Shown one piece after another: positions 1-11,062 of a DNA stretch of 64,000 bases; the stretch's first letter is position 1, and every line of letters begins with the position of its first letter. The translations under genes were made by a program, and so were the position numbers. This DNA comes from Candidatus Cloacimonadales bacterium (GTDB lineage Bacteria > Cloacimonadota > Cloacimonadia > Cloacimonadales > JAIOQZ01). Where the stretch lies: the NCBI GenBank assembly GCA_963665815.1, contig OY762463.1, positions 3,456,001-3,520,000 of the forward strand, given 5' to 3'. The notes below the pieces were generated by a model. The model was not told where the DNA came from and made no database searches. It saw only the letters and a program-made list of their open reading frames with translations.

Positions 1-10
1 ACCATTTACA

Positions 11-157
11 AGCTCGTAACGAAGTGAGAGTCTTGCCCAGAGCTCGTAACGAAGTGAGAGTCTTGCCCAGAGCTCGTAACGAAGTGAGAGTCTTGCCCAG
101 AGCTCGTAACGAAGTGAGAGTCTTGCCCAGAGCTCGTAACGAAGTGAGAGTCTTGCC
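11..157. repeat. Perfect 30-bp tandem repeat AGCTCGTAACGAAGTGAGAGTCTTGCCCAG, 4 full copies plus a 27-bp partial copy
   Basis: Identical units start at 11, 41, 71, 101 and 131, with no spacers. Confidence 0.97.
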
Positions 158-497
158 TCCGAAGTCCGCAGGATTTATCCGAGGACCATAGGAGGGGGGG
201 GCACACTAACATTTTAGAATCTCTGGACGAAGTACCTTATCCGCTCAAAGGCCGTGTGTTTCCCGATTCATCGGGATGACGTATAAAACTTGAAATCATT
301 GAATGAGGAATAATGAATTAAGACAATAGGATTTTAATAGTAATTATTTATATGTCTTAAGTAAAGGGATATCAAATTTGTAGAAAAAGGGAGTTCGGAA
401 TTTATATATCGTATTTCAGAGTAATTCTGGTTTGATTTCAATGTTGACCTATTTCAAGTATTAATATATTCTAGTAATAAAATATTAAGGAGTAATA

Positions 498-1616
498 ATG
501 AAAAATCTAAAAATTATCTCTGTGGTAGCAATTTGCATTTTATTACTGATGGGATGTTCTTCTAACAAGAAACTTGCACAATATATAAACTTTAATAAAT
601 CGTCATTTGAAAATCCTGATCATGGGAAATCATTGTTGTATGTTTTGAACAAGGAAATTAACAGAGTTAATATGTATATAACTATAGATGGTTTTCCAAA
701 GGCAATACTACCTTTCAAATCATACTCATACTTCAAGCTTGAACCGGGTTGGCATATTATAGGACTTTCAAATGAGTTTCTGAATAAAGTTGAATTTTTC
801 GAAATATTCTGTCGTGCAGACGAGACTCAAGTACTTAATCTGATGTCCTATTACAAACCAACAACTTATAATCCGGATTTACCGAGTAAACTGGAATGTC
901 ATGGATTCATATTCAGAAGATATTTCCCAAAATATATTAATGAACTGGTTAAGGAAGATAAACTGGAATACGTAGATTTAAAACCGGAAGGAGTTGATAA
1001 AATAGCCAGTCATTTTGCTGATGCAGCAAAAAATTTAACGTATGACAAAGATACAAATATGTTGATTTATGAAAATTACAGCTTACCAAACGAGATACCG
1101 GTCTATCCTCAAGCTGGATGGACATTCCAAACGAAGGTCGGAACTACTGAATCGGGACAGTTTAAACTCGGTATGAGTAAATCATCTGAAGTAGTGTTCT
1201 CCAAAAAAGGAATAAAAATTCAGCATCCAACAGACACAGACAGGAATAAGTTCATTCCTATAGAGAACATTCTTTCCTTTGATACTCATCCCGGAAAGAA
1301 GTTAAAACATCAATTATCATATCTTGTAGTATATTATAAAGAGGACAACATTGAAAAAAATATTTTGTTCGTTGACTTCGATGAAATTTACAGATGGGAT
1401 TCCATGGAGTGCAGGCTGACAAATCTAATATCAGAGAAAAGAAATATTGAAGAATTTAAAGATATATTCAAAAAGGATTCTGATGAAGTAAAAAAACTTT
1501 CAGACTTTCATTACGCACAAGTGCACACGATTGATTTTGTAAACTATAAACACCTTACATCTATTACAGATGTTGGTTTATGGTTCAGTCATTATATTTC
1601 CAGTTTGAAAAAATAA
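498..1616 (+). CDS. Hypothetical lipoprotein (N-terminal part resembles DUF2846-type lipoproteins)
   Basis: 372-aa ORF, AAGGAG RBS, lipobox LLMGC after a hydrophobic signal peptide. Confidence 0.7.
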   Translation: MKNLKIISVVAICILLLMGCSSNKKLAQYINFNKSSFENPDHGKSLLYVLNKEINRVNMYITIDGFPKAILPFKSYSYFKLEPGWHIIGLSNEFLNKVEFFEIFCRADETQVLNLMSYYKPTTYNPDLPSKLECHGFIFRRYFPKYINELVKEDKLEYVDLKPEGVDKIASHFADAAKNLTYDKDTNMLIYENYSLPNEIPVYPQAGWTFQTKVGTTESGQFKLGMSKSSEVVFSKKGIKIQHPTDTDRNKFIPIENILSFDTHPGKKLKHQLSYLVVYYKEDNIEKNILFVDFDEIYRWDSMECRLTNLISEKRNIEEFKDIFKKDSDEVKKLSDFHYAQVHTIDFVNYKHLTSITDVGLWFSHYISSLKK

Positions 1617-1814
1617 TCGCTCTACTTGAGCAATTGCACACCATATAGTTATGCCTGTCTGGGAATGTCTGAATTCTTCTGAAAACCTGTCATAACAGCG
1701 ATTTATATATAGCCAGACCATGAGTTTGGCTATCTTTAAGTAAAAATTCATGTTTATAATAATTATTAATTTGCAATGATTACAAAAATGTTTAATTTGT
1801 CATTGGAGGTTAAG

Positions 1815-3926
1815 ATGAAAAACTTAATGATATTTCTTATGCTTTTGATAGTTATGAATATAAATGCTGTCTGGGAAAAGACTAACGGCCCGGACGGTGG
1901 TGTTGTCAACAGGATTATCCGACATGGTAACTACCTGTTTGCTGCAACCGGGGGAGATCTCGGTGAAAATGGCAGTGTTTACCGTTCTGCGGATAATGGA
2001 GACACCTGGGAGCTAGTAAGTTACGACTTTAATATAAACTACGGTGTTATGGATGTTGCTTCAAACAGTAATTACCTGTTCGCCGGGACAAAAGGTTTTG
2101 GATTTTACCGTTCCATGGATATGGGGAACAGCTGGGAAAACTTTAATCAGGTAGCTGATCTCATTCAATTTGATGTTAAAACTCTGTACGCTGATGACAA
2201 TATTGTATTGGCAGGTACATGGATGGATGGAATTTACAGTTCAACCGATAACGGCAGCACCTGGTCACAGTTTGGTACAGGGTTGACTGTCTCCTCACTT
2301 AGAGTTCTGGAAATCGAACAGCTTAACGGTGAATACTATATTGTAACAGCAGGTGGCGCTTATAAGCTTGTAAATAACGTCTGGACAATGATTGCAGGGA
2401 TTAACGACAATATTCTGACAGGTATAGAAACCGATGGAACATACATCTACATTTCAGGTAATGCTGATACCTACAGGTTGGATCCGCAAACTATGTCAGT
2501 GACTCTTCTTGGAGTATTCAACACAAAATGGGTTTACTATGACAGTGGAAGACTGTTCACATCAACATATCAGACAATCTATTACTCAGATGATTCAGGT
2601 GATAACTGGACTACTGTAAGCTTTGGGGAGTTATTCCCGAACCTTATCATGAATACATTCTATGCGGAGTCAGGATTCTGGATTACAGCAAACAGTATGT
2701 TCAATCTATATAAAACTGAAGATGCTGGAATAAGCTGGTCTAAGAACTCCAACGGAATCTCCACGATTACTGTAAATGACTTTGCGACATTCAATAACAA
2801 GTTGTATTCAGTGACTGAATTTGCCGACTATGGCAGGATTTTCGTTTCTGATGATGATGGAATGAACTGGACAATCACTGACAGTGGAACAGCTGCAATT
2901 GGTTTCTTCTCTGTATTCGGAAATGACAGCTTTATGCTGGCTGCTTCATTTGGTGGAGGAATGTATCGTTCTGAAGATGGTATGAGCTGGGATCTGCTTT
3001 CTCTCAACGAGCACCCTGCGTCATATGGATCTCAGATTGTAGAGCACAATGGAGCAGTTTATACAGGTGCGTTTGGCTTTAACATAGATGTATACAAAAG
3101 CACAGATAGTGGTATGACATTCCAGCCATTGAATGTACCGGGACAGGGCGATATCTATGCACTTCAATCCTGGGGCAGTAAGATAATCTACGGCAGAACA
3201 GACGATGTGTATTACTCCGAGGACGACGGTATGACCTGGAATGTTCTTGGAAATGGCTTTGACGGTTTTCCGTTTATAAAGCACTTTGCAGTCTACAACA
3301 ACCATCTATATGCGTCAGGAACAAGTTTATATATGCTGGACGAAAACAATGACTGGCAGATGATTGCAGTACCGGGAAATCCGCTGATTCAGTCGATTGG
3401 TGAAGCAGGCTCAAAGCTATTGATAGGTACCAGAGATGCGGGAATCTATGAGCTGACCGCAAATGGCATGATCACCCACAGCAGTATGGGTTTACCTGTA
3501 GGCGGCAACAGCATGTACCCCAAGGTAATGAAGTTTTATCATGATGATACATATATGTACGTAAGTCTGGAGATGTTCGGTGTATTCCGGGCACCAATAC
3601 AGGTCACAGATGTGAAAGATGAAGACGTTGCGCTGAACAGCCTAAACATGCAGGTATACCCAAACCCTGCCAGAATTTCAGGAGGATCGAACAGGATATC
3701 TGTCAGTTTCAGCCTTAAGGAAAGCTCTGATGCTACAGTATCAATATACAACCTGAAGGGGCAGAAGGTTAAGACTCTGCATAGGGGTCAATTGGACAAA
3801 GGTAGTCATGTTCTTACCTGGGATGGAAATTCAAATGCAGGTGGTAGAGCCGCAACAGGTGTTTACCTTATAAAATCAAGTGGCGGCACAGCAAACGGGT
3901 CTTCCAAGCTGATTCTGCTTAAATAG
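1815..3926 (+). CDS. Secreted BNR/Asp-box beta-propeller protein with C-terminal FlgD-Ig/T9SS type A-like domain
   Basis: Many SxDxGxTW repeats; C-terminus YPNP...YNLKGQKVKTL...WDG...GVYLI; start moved to ATG 1815 behind GGAGGT. Confidence 0.85.
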   Translation: MKNLMIFLMLLIVMNINAVWEKTNGPDGGVVNRIIRHGNYLFAATGGDLGENGSVYRSADNGDTWELVSYDFNINYGVMDVASNSNYLFAGTKGFGFYRSMDMGNSWENFNQVADLIQFDVKTLYADDNIVLAGTWMDGIYSSTDNGSTWSQFGTGLTVSSLRVLEIEQLNGEYYIVTAGGAYKLVNNVWTMIAGINDNILTGIETDGTYIYISGNADTYRLDPQTMSVTLLGVFNTKWVYYDSGRLFTSTYQTIYYSDDSGDNWTTVSFGELFPNLIMNTFYAESGFWITANSMFNLYKTEDAGISWSKNSNGISTITVNDFATFNNKLYSVTEFADYGRIFVSDDDGMNWTITDSGTAAIGFFSVFGNDSFMLAASFGGGMYRSEDGMSWDLLSLNEHPASYGSQIVEHNGAVYTGAFGFNIDVYKSTDSGMTFQPLNVPGQGDIYALQSWGSKIIYGRTDDVYYSEDDGMTWNVLGNGFDGFPFIKHFAVYNNHLYASGTSLYMLDENNDWQMIAVPGNPLIQSIGEAGSKLLIGTRDAGIYELTANGMITHSSMGLPVGGNSMYPKVMKFYHDDTYMYVSLEMFGVFRAPIQVTDVKDEDVALNSLNMQVYPNPARISGGSNRISVSFSLKESSDATVSIYNLKGQKVKTLHRGQLDKGSHVLTWDGNSNAGGRAATGVYLIKSSGGTANGSSKLILLK

Positions 3927-3949
3927 ACTTTTCACATTTTAGCTGAGAT

Positions 3950-3977
3950 CCCCGATGAAAGTCGGGGGTTTTTGTTT
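3950..3977 (+). terminator. Probable intrinsic terminator
   Basis: CCCCGAT-GAAA-GTCGGGG stem-loop followed by a T-rich run just after the stop at 3926. Confidence 0.7.
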
Positions 3978-4125
3978 ATCTTCCATCCTATGGAGGGGAG
4001 CATCACAGTAATTATGATTTTAGAAGGCTATTAACAATTCCTGACAACTTTTTACCATTATACCAAAATACTTGACGGATAGCAACCCTTGCTTAACTAA
4101 TAGTTTCATTAATGGGGAGAATGGT

Positions 4126-7100
4126 ATGACGTTTAATGAAATACTTAGTAAATACAGAAAGATAGCGTTTTCAGAAAGAGATAAAGGCGAACGTTTTGAA
4201 AGATTGATGGCTGCGTATCTGCAGACTGATCCTAATTATGGGGATCAATTGAATACAGTTTGGATGTGGAATGACTTTCCTTTCAGGGATGATTTTGGTG
4301 GAACTGATACAGGGATTGATCTTGTAGCAAAGACTAATAATAATGAGTATTGGGCAATACAGTGTAAATTCTTCGATGAATCTGCTTACATTGATAAAGC
4401 GAGTGTGGATTCATTTTTAGCAACATCGGGACGATCATTCAGAAATGAGCAGCTTAAAACGGTTAGTTTTTCTCAAAGACTATGGATTTCAACAACGAAT
4501 AAATGGTCGGTAAATGCAGAGAATGCTCTGAAGAATCAGAATCCACCTGCATTTCGTTTAAATCTCTCCGCTCTGGAAGAAGCACCTGTAGACTGGGATA
4601 AAATCAACAAGGGATTGATAGGTAAAATAGCCAGAAAATCTAAGAAGCAATTGAGGAATCATCAGATAGAGGCATTAGTGAAGACCGAAGATTATTTTAA
4701 AAATAATGATCGAGGAAAACTGATAATGGCTTGTGGTACCGGAAAGACTTTTACAGCTTTGAAAATTTCTGAAAAAGTTACAGCAGGAAAAGGATTTGTT
4801 CTTGTTCTGGTTCCGTCTATTGCATTGATTGGGCAAATGTTACGAGAGTGGACCGGTGATGCTGAAAAGAGTATAAATGCTATTTGTATCTGTTCAGACC
4901 CCAAAGTCTCAAAACATAAAAAGAGTAACAAGGAAGGTAGTGCAGTAATTGATCTGGCTCAACCTGCATCCACAGATCCGGAATATGTGAAACACCAATT
5001 AATAGGCTTCAATAATTACGATAGCCCGAGAATGACAGTTGTTTTTTCAACATATCAGTCAATTGAAGTTATTTCAAAAGTGCAGAAAGCTATAATTAAT
5101 GCAAATATTGGTTATGATGCGTTTGATCTGATAATCTGTGATGAAGCTCATAGGACAACAGGTGTAACTTTATCCGGTGAAGATGAGTCTGCCTTTGTAA
5201 AAGTACATGACAATGATTTCATCCGAGCAAAAAAGCGATTATATATGACAGCTACTCCACGCCTTTATAGTGATGATTCCAAAAGCAAGGCAGCAATTAG
5301 TGATGCTGTTCTTTGCTCTATGGATGATGAAAAGCTATACGGGAAAGAAATTTATCGAATTGGTTTCGGTGAAGCAGTTGAAAGAGATTTGCTCACGGAT
5401 TACAAAGTATTGATATTGACATTAAATGATAATGATATCTCCCCTGTGGTACAGTCAGCATTATCCGCTGGTTCAGAACTTAGTACTGACGATGCAACAA
5501 AACTGGTGGGCGTGATAAATGCTCTCTCAAAGCAAGTGCTGGGTGATAATGGATTGTTAAAGAACAGCGACCCTGAGCCAATGAAAAGAGCTGTTGCATT
5601 TTGCCAGAATATCAAGATCTCAAAGAAAACTACATCTGTCTTCAATAATGCTTCAGAGTCATATCTTGAAACTATTGATGAGAGACGAAGAAAAAAAATG
5701 GTGCAGGCTTCCTCAAAACATATTGATGGAACTATGTCTGCAACTGAGAGAGATGATTTGCTTTCATGGTTGAAAAGTAATGATACTGAATCCGATGAGT
5801 GCCGTATTCTAACTAATGTCCGTTGTTTGAGTGAAGGAGTTGATGTACCGTCTCTTGATGCTGTAGCTTTTCTTTCAGCTAGAAATTCACAGGTTGATGT
5901 TGTTCAATCTGTGGGAAGGGTGATGAGGAAAGCACCCGGGAAAAAGTATGGTTATATTATTATTCCTGTAGTTATTCCTTCAAATATTCCTCCTTCTCAA
6001 GCACTGAATGACAATCAAAGATTCAAAGTTGTGTGGACTGTTCTTAATGCTTTGAGAGCACACGATGACAGATTTAACGCTACAGTGAACAAAATCGAGC
6101 TTAATAAGAAAAAACCTGATCAGATTCTTGTTGGCGGTATTACAAGTGATAATGAAAACGTTTCCGATAATGAGAATATCGAGATAAGCAGACAGTTAAT
6201 GCTGCAGTTTGAGGAGCTTCAGGGTGTTGTTTATGCTAAAATGGTTGAGAAAGTCGGAGATAGATTCTACTGGGAGCAATGGGCGAAAGATGTTGCGGTT
6301 ATTGCAGAGAATCAGATTGAACGAATCAACACATTGATTGATAATTGCCCTGAACATAAAGATACATTTTCAGATTTCCTCAATGGACTTCAGAAGAACA
6401 TTAATCCGGGAATTTCACATAAACAGACTGTAGAAATGCTTGCTCAGCATATTATAACCCGACCTATATTTGAATCTCTTTTCGAAAACTACTCCTTTGC
6501 AAAGAACAACGCTATTTCTCAGTCAATGCAGAATATGCTGGACATGCTTGAAGGAAACACTCTGGAGGGAGAATCCGAGACATTGCAGAAATTTTATAAT
6601 TCCGTCAGGAAAAGAGCGGAAGGGATAGATAATGCCGAAGGTAAACAGAGAATTATCATTGAACTTTACGATAAATTCTTTAAGACCGCTTTCCCTAAAA
6701 TGGTTGAGCAATTGGGAATTGTCTATACTCCGGTAGAAGTAGTTGATTTTATAATTCATTCTGTTGATAATATTCTGAGAAAAGAATTTGATAGAAGACT
6801 TACGGATGAGTATGTACATATTCTGGATCCATTTACGGGAACCGGAACATTTATAACACGTTTACTGCAAAGCGGTCTGATTGATTCCGGTGATTTAAAA
6901 CGGAAGTACAGCAAGGAACTGCATGCTAATGAGATTGTTCTACTTGCATATTATATTGCCGCCGTGAATATTGAGAATACTTTCCATGATTTGCTGGAAG
7001 AGAATGCAGCCTATAAACCTTTCGACGGAATTGTGCTGACAGATACTTTCCAGATGGGAGAGGATGAAGAAAAGGATGACTGCAGGACAACGATGTTCCC

Positions 7101-9000
7101 TAAGAACTCCGAGAGAGTGGAAGCCCAGAAGCAAACACCGATAAAAATAATAATCGGAAATCCACCTTATTCTGTTGGGCAGAAATCCGCTAATGATAAT
7201 GCCCAGAATTTGAGTTATAAGAAACTTGATAGAAGAGTTGCTGATACTTATGCAAAAGACAGTAAGGCAACATCAGTTAAAGCATTGTATGATGCATATA
7301 TTAAGGCTTTTCGCTGGGCTGCAGACAGACTTGATAAAGATGGGATTATATGTTTTGTCTCAAACGGGGCATGGATTACAACAAATGGTATGGATGGTTT
7401 CAGGAAAAGCCTGCAGAAAGAATTTTCTTCAATCTATGTTTTTGACCTAAGGGGTAATCAAAGAACAAGCGGAGAAATGTCCAGAAAAGAGGGTGGTAAA
7501 ATTTTTGGTTCCGGTTCAAGAACACAAGTCTCCGTTACACTATTGGTAAAGAATAGTAAATCAAATAAAAATGCTGAAATCTTCTACTGCGATATAGGTG
7601 ATTATTTGAACAGAAATGAAAAACTAAGTCTTCTTAGAAAATATAAATCTGTTACCAGTGAAGAAATGAAATGGAGAAAACTTAAACCCAATAAGCACGG
7701 AGACTGGCTTAATCAGAGAAATGATGTTTTTTCTAATTATCTGCCTATGGCTCCGGATAAGAAATTCAGTACTAATAGCAAATCTTTTTTTGTTGTTAAC
7801 TCCATGGGAGTAAATACAAGTAGAGATGTTTGGGTTTACAATTTTTCCAGTAAATCTGTAAGAAATAATATGGAGAAGATGGTTAGAAACTACAATGAAG
7901 AAGTAAAACGATTCAAAAAGGCTAAGGCTTATAATCCTGCTCTCGAAGCAAAGACCTTTGTTGATAACAATCCTGAATATATAAGCTGGTCCAGTAGTTT
8001 ATTGCCAAATGTTGATAGAGGTAATTTCGCAGAATATGAACCTGAGAGAGTAATTAAATCAATTTACAGACCTTTTGTTAAACAAAATCTTTATATGGGT
8101 GACAAAATGATTCACAGACGAGGGCAGATGGAACAGGTTTTCCAAGATTATAAAGAAAAAAATGTTGTTATTTCGATCCATAGTTCGAGCAGTGCGAAGG
8201 AATTTTCTTGTTTAGTATCTGACATTATGATGGATTTGCACTATGTAGGAGATACACAATGTTTCCCTCTCTACTATTTTGAAGAGAAGAACGAAATGCA
8301 AAATACTTTGTTTGATATTGGAGGAAACAGTAAGTATAAGAGGCTGGATGGTGTTTCTGATTTTATTCTCAAGCAGGCAGTAAAGTTATATGGTAAGAGA
8401 GTGACCAAGGAAAATATATTTTACTATGTTTACGGAATTCTGCACAGTAGGGACTACAGAGCTGCATTTGCCAATGATCTTAAGAAGATGCTGCCGAGAA
8501 TTCCTCTTGTTGAGCGGCCTAAAGATTTCTGGGCATTCTGCCGGGCTGGAGAAAAACTCGCAGATCTGCATCTTAATTATGAGTCTGTTCCTGCTGCTCC
8601 TGGTTTGCTTATCATTGTTGATGGACAGACAGAGCAAATGAATGAGGTACGTCTTAATACAGGTAAAGAGGATCATGTGAATTTCCATGTAACAAAAATG
8701 CGTTTTCCTAAAAAGGGTGAGAGGGATAAGATAATTTACAATAGTTTATTAACTGTGGAGAATATTCCCGAAAAAGCCTATGAGTATCAGGTTAACGGTA
8801 AATCTGCAATTGAATGGATAATGGAGCGTTACCAGATTAAAACGGATAAAAAATCAGGTATCACGAATGATCCTAATGATTGGGCGGAGGAAACAGGCAA
8901 TCCTCGCTATATACTGGATTTGCTTTTGAGTGTGATTAATGTAAGCATCCAGACTGTAGATATTGTTAATAATCTGCCAGCATTAGAGTTTGATGTATAA
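4126..9000 (+). CDS. Type ISP (LlaGI/LlaBIII-like) single-polypeptide restriction-modification enzyme
   Basis: Mrr-like nuclease (GIDLVA...AIQCK), SF2 helicase (MACGTGKT, DEAH, QSVGRVMR), N6-adenine MTase (DPFTGTGTF, GNPPY) and C-terminal TRD; start set at ATG 4126 behind GGGGAG. Confidence 0.93.
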   Translation: MTFNEILSKYRKIAFSERDKGERFERLMAAYLQTDPNYGDQLNTVWMWNDFPFRDDFGGTDTGIDLVAKTNNNEYWAIQCKFFDESAYIDKASVDSFLATSGRSFRNEQLKTVSFSQRLWISTTNKWSVNAENALKNQNPPAFRLNLSALEEAPVDWDKINKGLIGKIARKSKKQLRNHQIEALVKTEDYFKNNDRGKLIMACGTGKTFTALKISEKVTAGKGFVLVLVPSIALIGQMLREWTGDAEKSINAICICSDPKVSKHKKSNKEGSAVIDLAQPASTDPEYVKHQLIGFNNYDSPRMTVVFSTYQSIEVISKVQKAIINANIGYDAFDLIICDEAHRTTGVTLSGEDESAFVKVHDNDFIRAKKRLYMTATPRLYSDDSKSKAAISDAVLCSMDDEKLYGKEIYRIGFGEAVERDLLTDYKVLILTLNDNDISPVVQSALSAGSELSTDDATKLVGVINALSKQVLGDNGLLKNSDPEPMKRAVAFCQNIKISKKTTSVFNNASESYLETIDERRRKKMVQASSKHIDGTMSATERDDLLSWLKSNDTESDECRILTNVRCLSEGVDVPSLDAVAFLSARNSQVDVVQSVGRVMRKAPGKKYGYIIIPVVIPSNIPPSQALNDNQRFKVVWTVLNALRAHDDRFNATVNKIELNKKKPDQILVGGITSDNENVSDNENIEISRQLMLQFEELQGVVYAKMVEKVGDRFYWEQWAKDVAVIAENQIERINTLIDNCPEHKDTFSDFLNGLQKNINPGISHKQTVEMLAQHIITRPIFESLFENYSFAKNNAISQSMQNMLDMLEGNTLEGESETLQKFYNSVRKRAEGIDNAEGKQRIIIELYDKFFKTAFPKMVEQLGIVYTPVEVVDFIIHSVDNILRKEFDRRLTDEYVHILDPFTGTGTFITRLLQSGLIDSGDLKRKYSKELHANEIVLLAYYIAAVNIENTFHDLLEENAAYKPFDGIVLTDTFQMGEDEEKDDCRTTMFPKNSERVEAQKQTPIKIIIGNPPYSVGQKSANDNAQNLSYKKLDRRVADTYAKDSKATSVKALYDAYIKAFRWAADRLDKDGIICFVSNGAWITTNGMDGFRKSLQKEFSSIYVFDLRGNQRTSGEMSRKEGGKIFGSGSRTQVSVTLLVKNSKSNKNAEIFYCDIGDYLNRNEKLSLLRKYKSVTSEEMKWRKLKPNKHGDWLNQRNDVFSNYLPMAPDKKFSTNSKSFFVVNSMGVNTSRDVWVYNFSSKSVRNNMEKMVRNYNEEVKRFKKAKAYNPALEAKTFVDNNPEYISWSSSLLPNVDRGNFAEYEPERVIKSIYRPFVKQNLYMGDKMIHRRGQMEQVFQDYKEKNVVISIHSSSSAKEFSCLVSDIMMDLHYVGDTQCFPLYYFEEKNEMQNTLFDIGGNSKYKRLDGVSDFILKQAVKLYGKRVTKENIFYYVYGILHSRDYRAAFANDLKKMLPRIPLVERPKDFWAFCRAGEKLADLHLNYESVPAAPGLLIIVDGQTEQMNEVRLNTGKEDHVNFHVTKMRFPKKGERDKIIYNSLLTVENIPEKAYEYQVNGKSAIEWIMERYQIKTDKKSGITNDPNDWAEETGNPRYILDLLLSVINVSIQTVDIVNNLPALEFDV

Positions 9001-9030
9001 TCGTTTTTTTAGCAAGTGGGTGCATGCAAC

Positions 9031-11022
9031 GTAGAGACACAACATCTTGTGTCTCAGGAGAGAAACCTGTGGGTAAGAAACAAAAAACGGAATAAAATTA
9101 ACGTGGTTAACATGCGGAATCATATAGTATTGGTTTTGCAGGATTTTTGAGCCACAAGATATTGTGGCTCTACAAAGCGGTTAACTCTCTGTGGATATGC
9201 ATGCAACGTAGAGACACAACATCTTGTGTCTCTGAATAGAAACCTGTGGGTGAGAAACAATAACCGGAATAAAAGAAACACGGGTTAACAGCCGGAATCA
9301 TATAATGTTTGGTTCTGCATGACATTTGAGCCACAAGATATTGTGGCTCTACAAATTGGTTAAATCTCTGTGGATATGCATGCATCGTAGAGACACAACA
9401 TCTTGTGTCTCTGAATAGAAACCTGTGGGTGAGAAACAATAAGCGGAATAAAAGAAACGCGGTTTAACAACCGGAATCATATAATGTTTGGTTCTGCATG
9501 ACATTTGAGCCACAAGATATTGTGGCTCTACAAATTGGTTAAATCTCTGTGGATATGCATGCATCGTAGAGACACAACATCTTGTGTCTCTGAATAGAAA
9601 CCTGTGGGTGAGAAACAATAAGCGGAATAAAAGAAACGCGGTTTAACAACCGGAATCATATAGTGTTGGTTTTGCAGGATTTTTGAGCCACAAGATATTG
9701 TAGCTCTACAAAGCTGTTAACTCTCTGCGGCTATGCATACATCGTAGAGACACAATATCTTGTGTCTCTGAATAGAAACCTGTGGGTGAGAAACAATAAG
9801 CGGAATAAAAGAAACGCGGTTTAACAACCGGAATCATATAATGTTGGTTTTGCAGGATTTTTGAGCCACAAGATATTGTGGCTCTACAAAGCGGTTAACT
9901 CTCTGTGGATATGCATGCAACGTAGAGACACAACATCTTGTGTCTCTGAATAGAAACCTGTGGGTGAGAAACAATAACCGGAATAAAATAAACGTTGGTT
10001 TAACAACCGGAATCATATAGTGTTGGTTTTGCAGGATTTTTGAGCCACAAGATATTGTGGCTCTACAAAGCTGTTAACTCTCTGCGGCTATGCATACATC
10101 GTAGAGACACAATATCTTGTGTCTCTGAATAGAAACCTGTGGGTGAGAAACAATAAGCGGAATAAAAGAAACGCGGTTTAACAACCGGAATCATATAGTG
10201 TTGGTTTTGCAGGATTTTTGAGCCACAAGATATTGTAGCTCTACAAAGCTGTTAACTCTCTGCGGCTATGCATACATCGTAGAGACACAATATCTTGTGT
10301 CTCTGAATAGAAACCTGTGTGTGAGAAACAATAACCGGAATAAAATAAACGTTGGTTTAACAACCGGAATCATATAATGTTGGTTTTGCAGGATTTTTGA
10401 GCCACAAGATATTGTGGCTCTACAAAGCTGTTAACTCTCTGTGAATATGCATGCAACGTAGAGACACAACATCTTGTGTCTCTGAATAGAAAATTATTGA
10501 ATCAGGAAACAATAAGCGGAATAAAATAAACGTGGTTTAACAACCGGAATCATATAATGTTTGGTTCTGCATGACATTTGAGCCACAAGATATTGTGGAT
10601 CAACAAAACGGTTAATTTTCTGCGGATATGAAAGGTCGTATAGACACAACATCTTGTGTCTCAGAATAGAAAATTATTAAATCAGGAAACAATAACCGGA
10701 ATAAAATAAACGTGGATTAACAACCGGAATCATATAATGTTTGGTTCTGTGGGATATTCGAGCCACAAGATATTGTGGCTCTACAAAGCTGTTAACTCTC
10801 TGTGAATATGCATGTATCATAGAGACACAACATCTTGTGTCTCTGAATAGAAACCTGTGGGTGAGAAACAATAACCGGAATAAAATAAACGTTGGTTTAA
10901 CAACCGGAATCATATAGTGTTGGTTTTGCAGGATTTTTGAGCCACAAGATATTGTAGCTCTACAAAGCTGTTAACTCTATGCGGATATGCATACATCGTA
11001 GAGACACAATATCTTGTGTCTC
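9031..11022. repeat. Tandem array of 11 units (177-181 bp) of inverted GTAG-REP pairs (BIME/REPIN-like), ending in a 12th REP-A
   Basis: REP-A GTAGAGACACAA(C/T)ATCTTGTGTCTC at 9031, 9208, 9387, 9566, 9744, 9922, 10101, 10279, 10458, 10638, 10819 and 10998; inverted REP-B GAGCCACAAGATATTGTGGCTCTAC once per unit (e.g. 9149, 9328). Confidence 0.95.
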
Positions 11023-11062
11023 TGAATAGAAAATTATGAATTATAGTATTGGGAGTGAGTAA

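Noticed and set aside
11..157. CRISPR array, or the 68-aa repeat ORF at 6-212
   Set aside because: No spacers; the ORF follows from a stop-free 30-bp unit and has no other coding support
9170..10913. Short minus-strand ORFs within the array (also 11510-11755 and 11682-11873)
   Set aside because: Unit lengths of 177-181 bp shift frame between copies; these are translations of the repeat
9031..11022. CRISPR array (25-bp palindromic repeats with ~34-bp intervals)
   Set aside because: The intervening sequences are near-identical rather than unique, the repeats alternate in orientation, and no cas genes are present; the adjacent RAYT explains them
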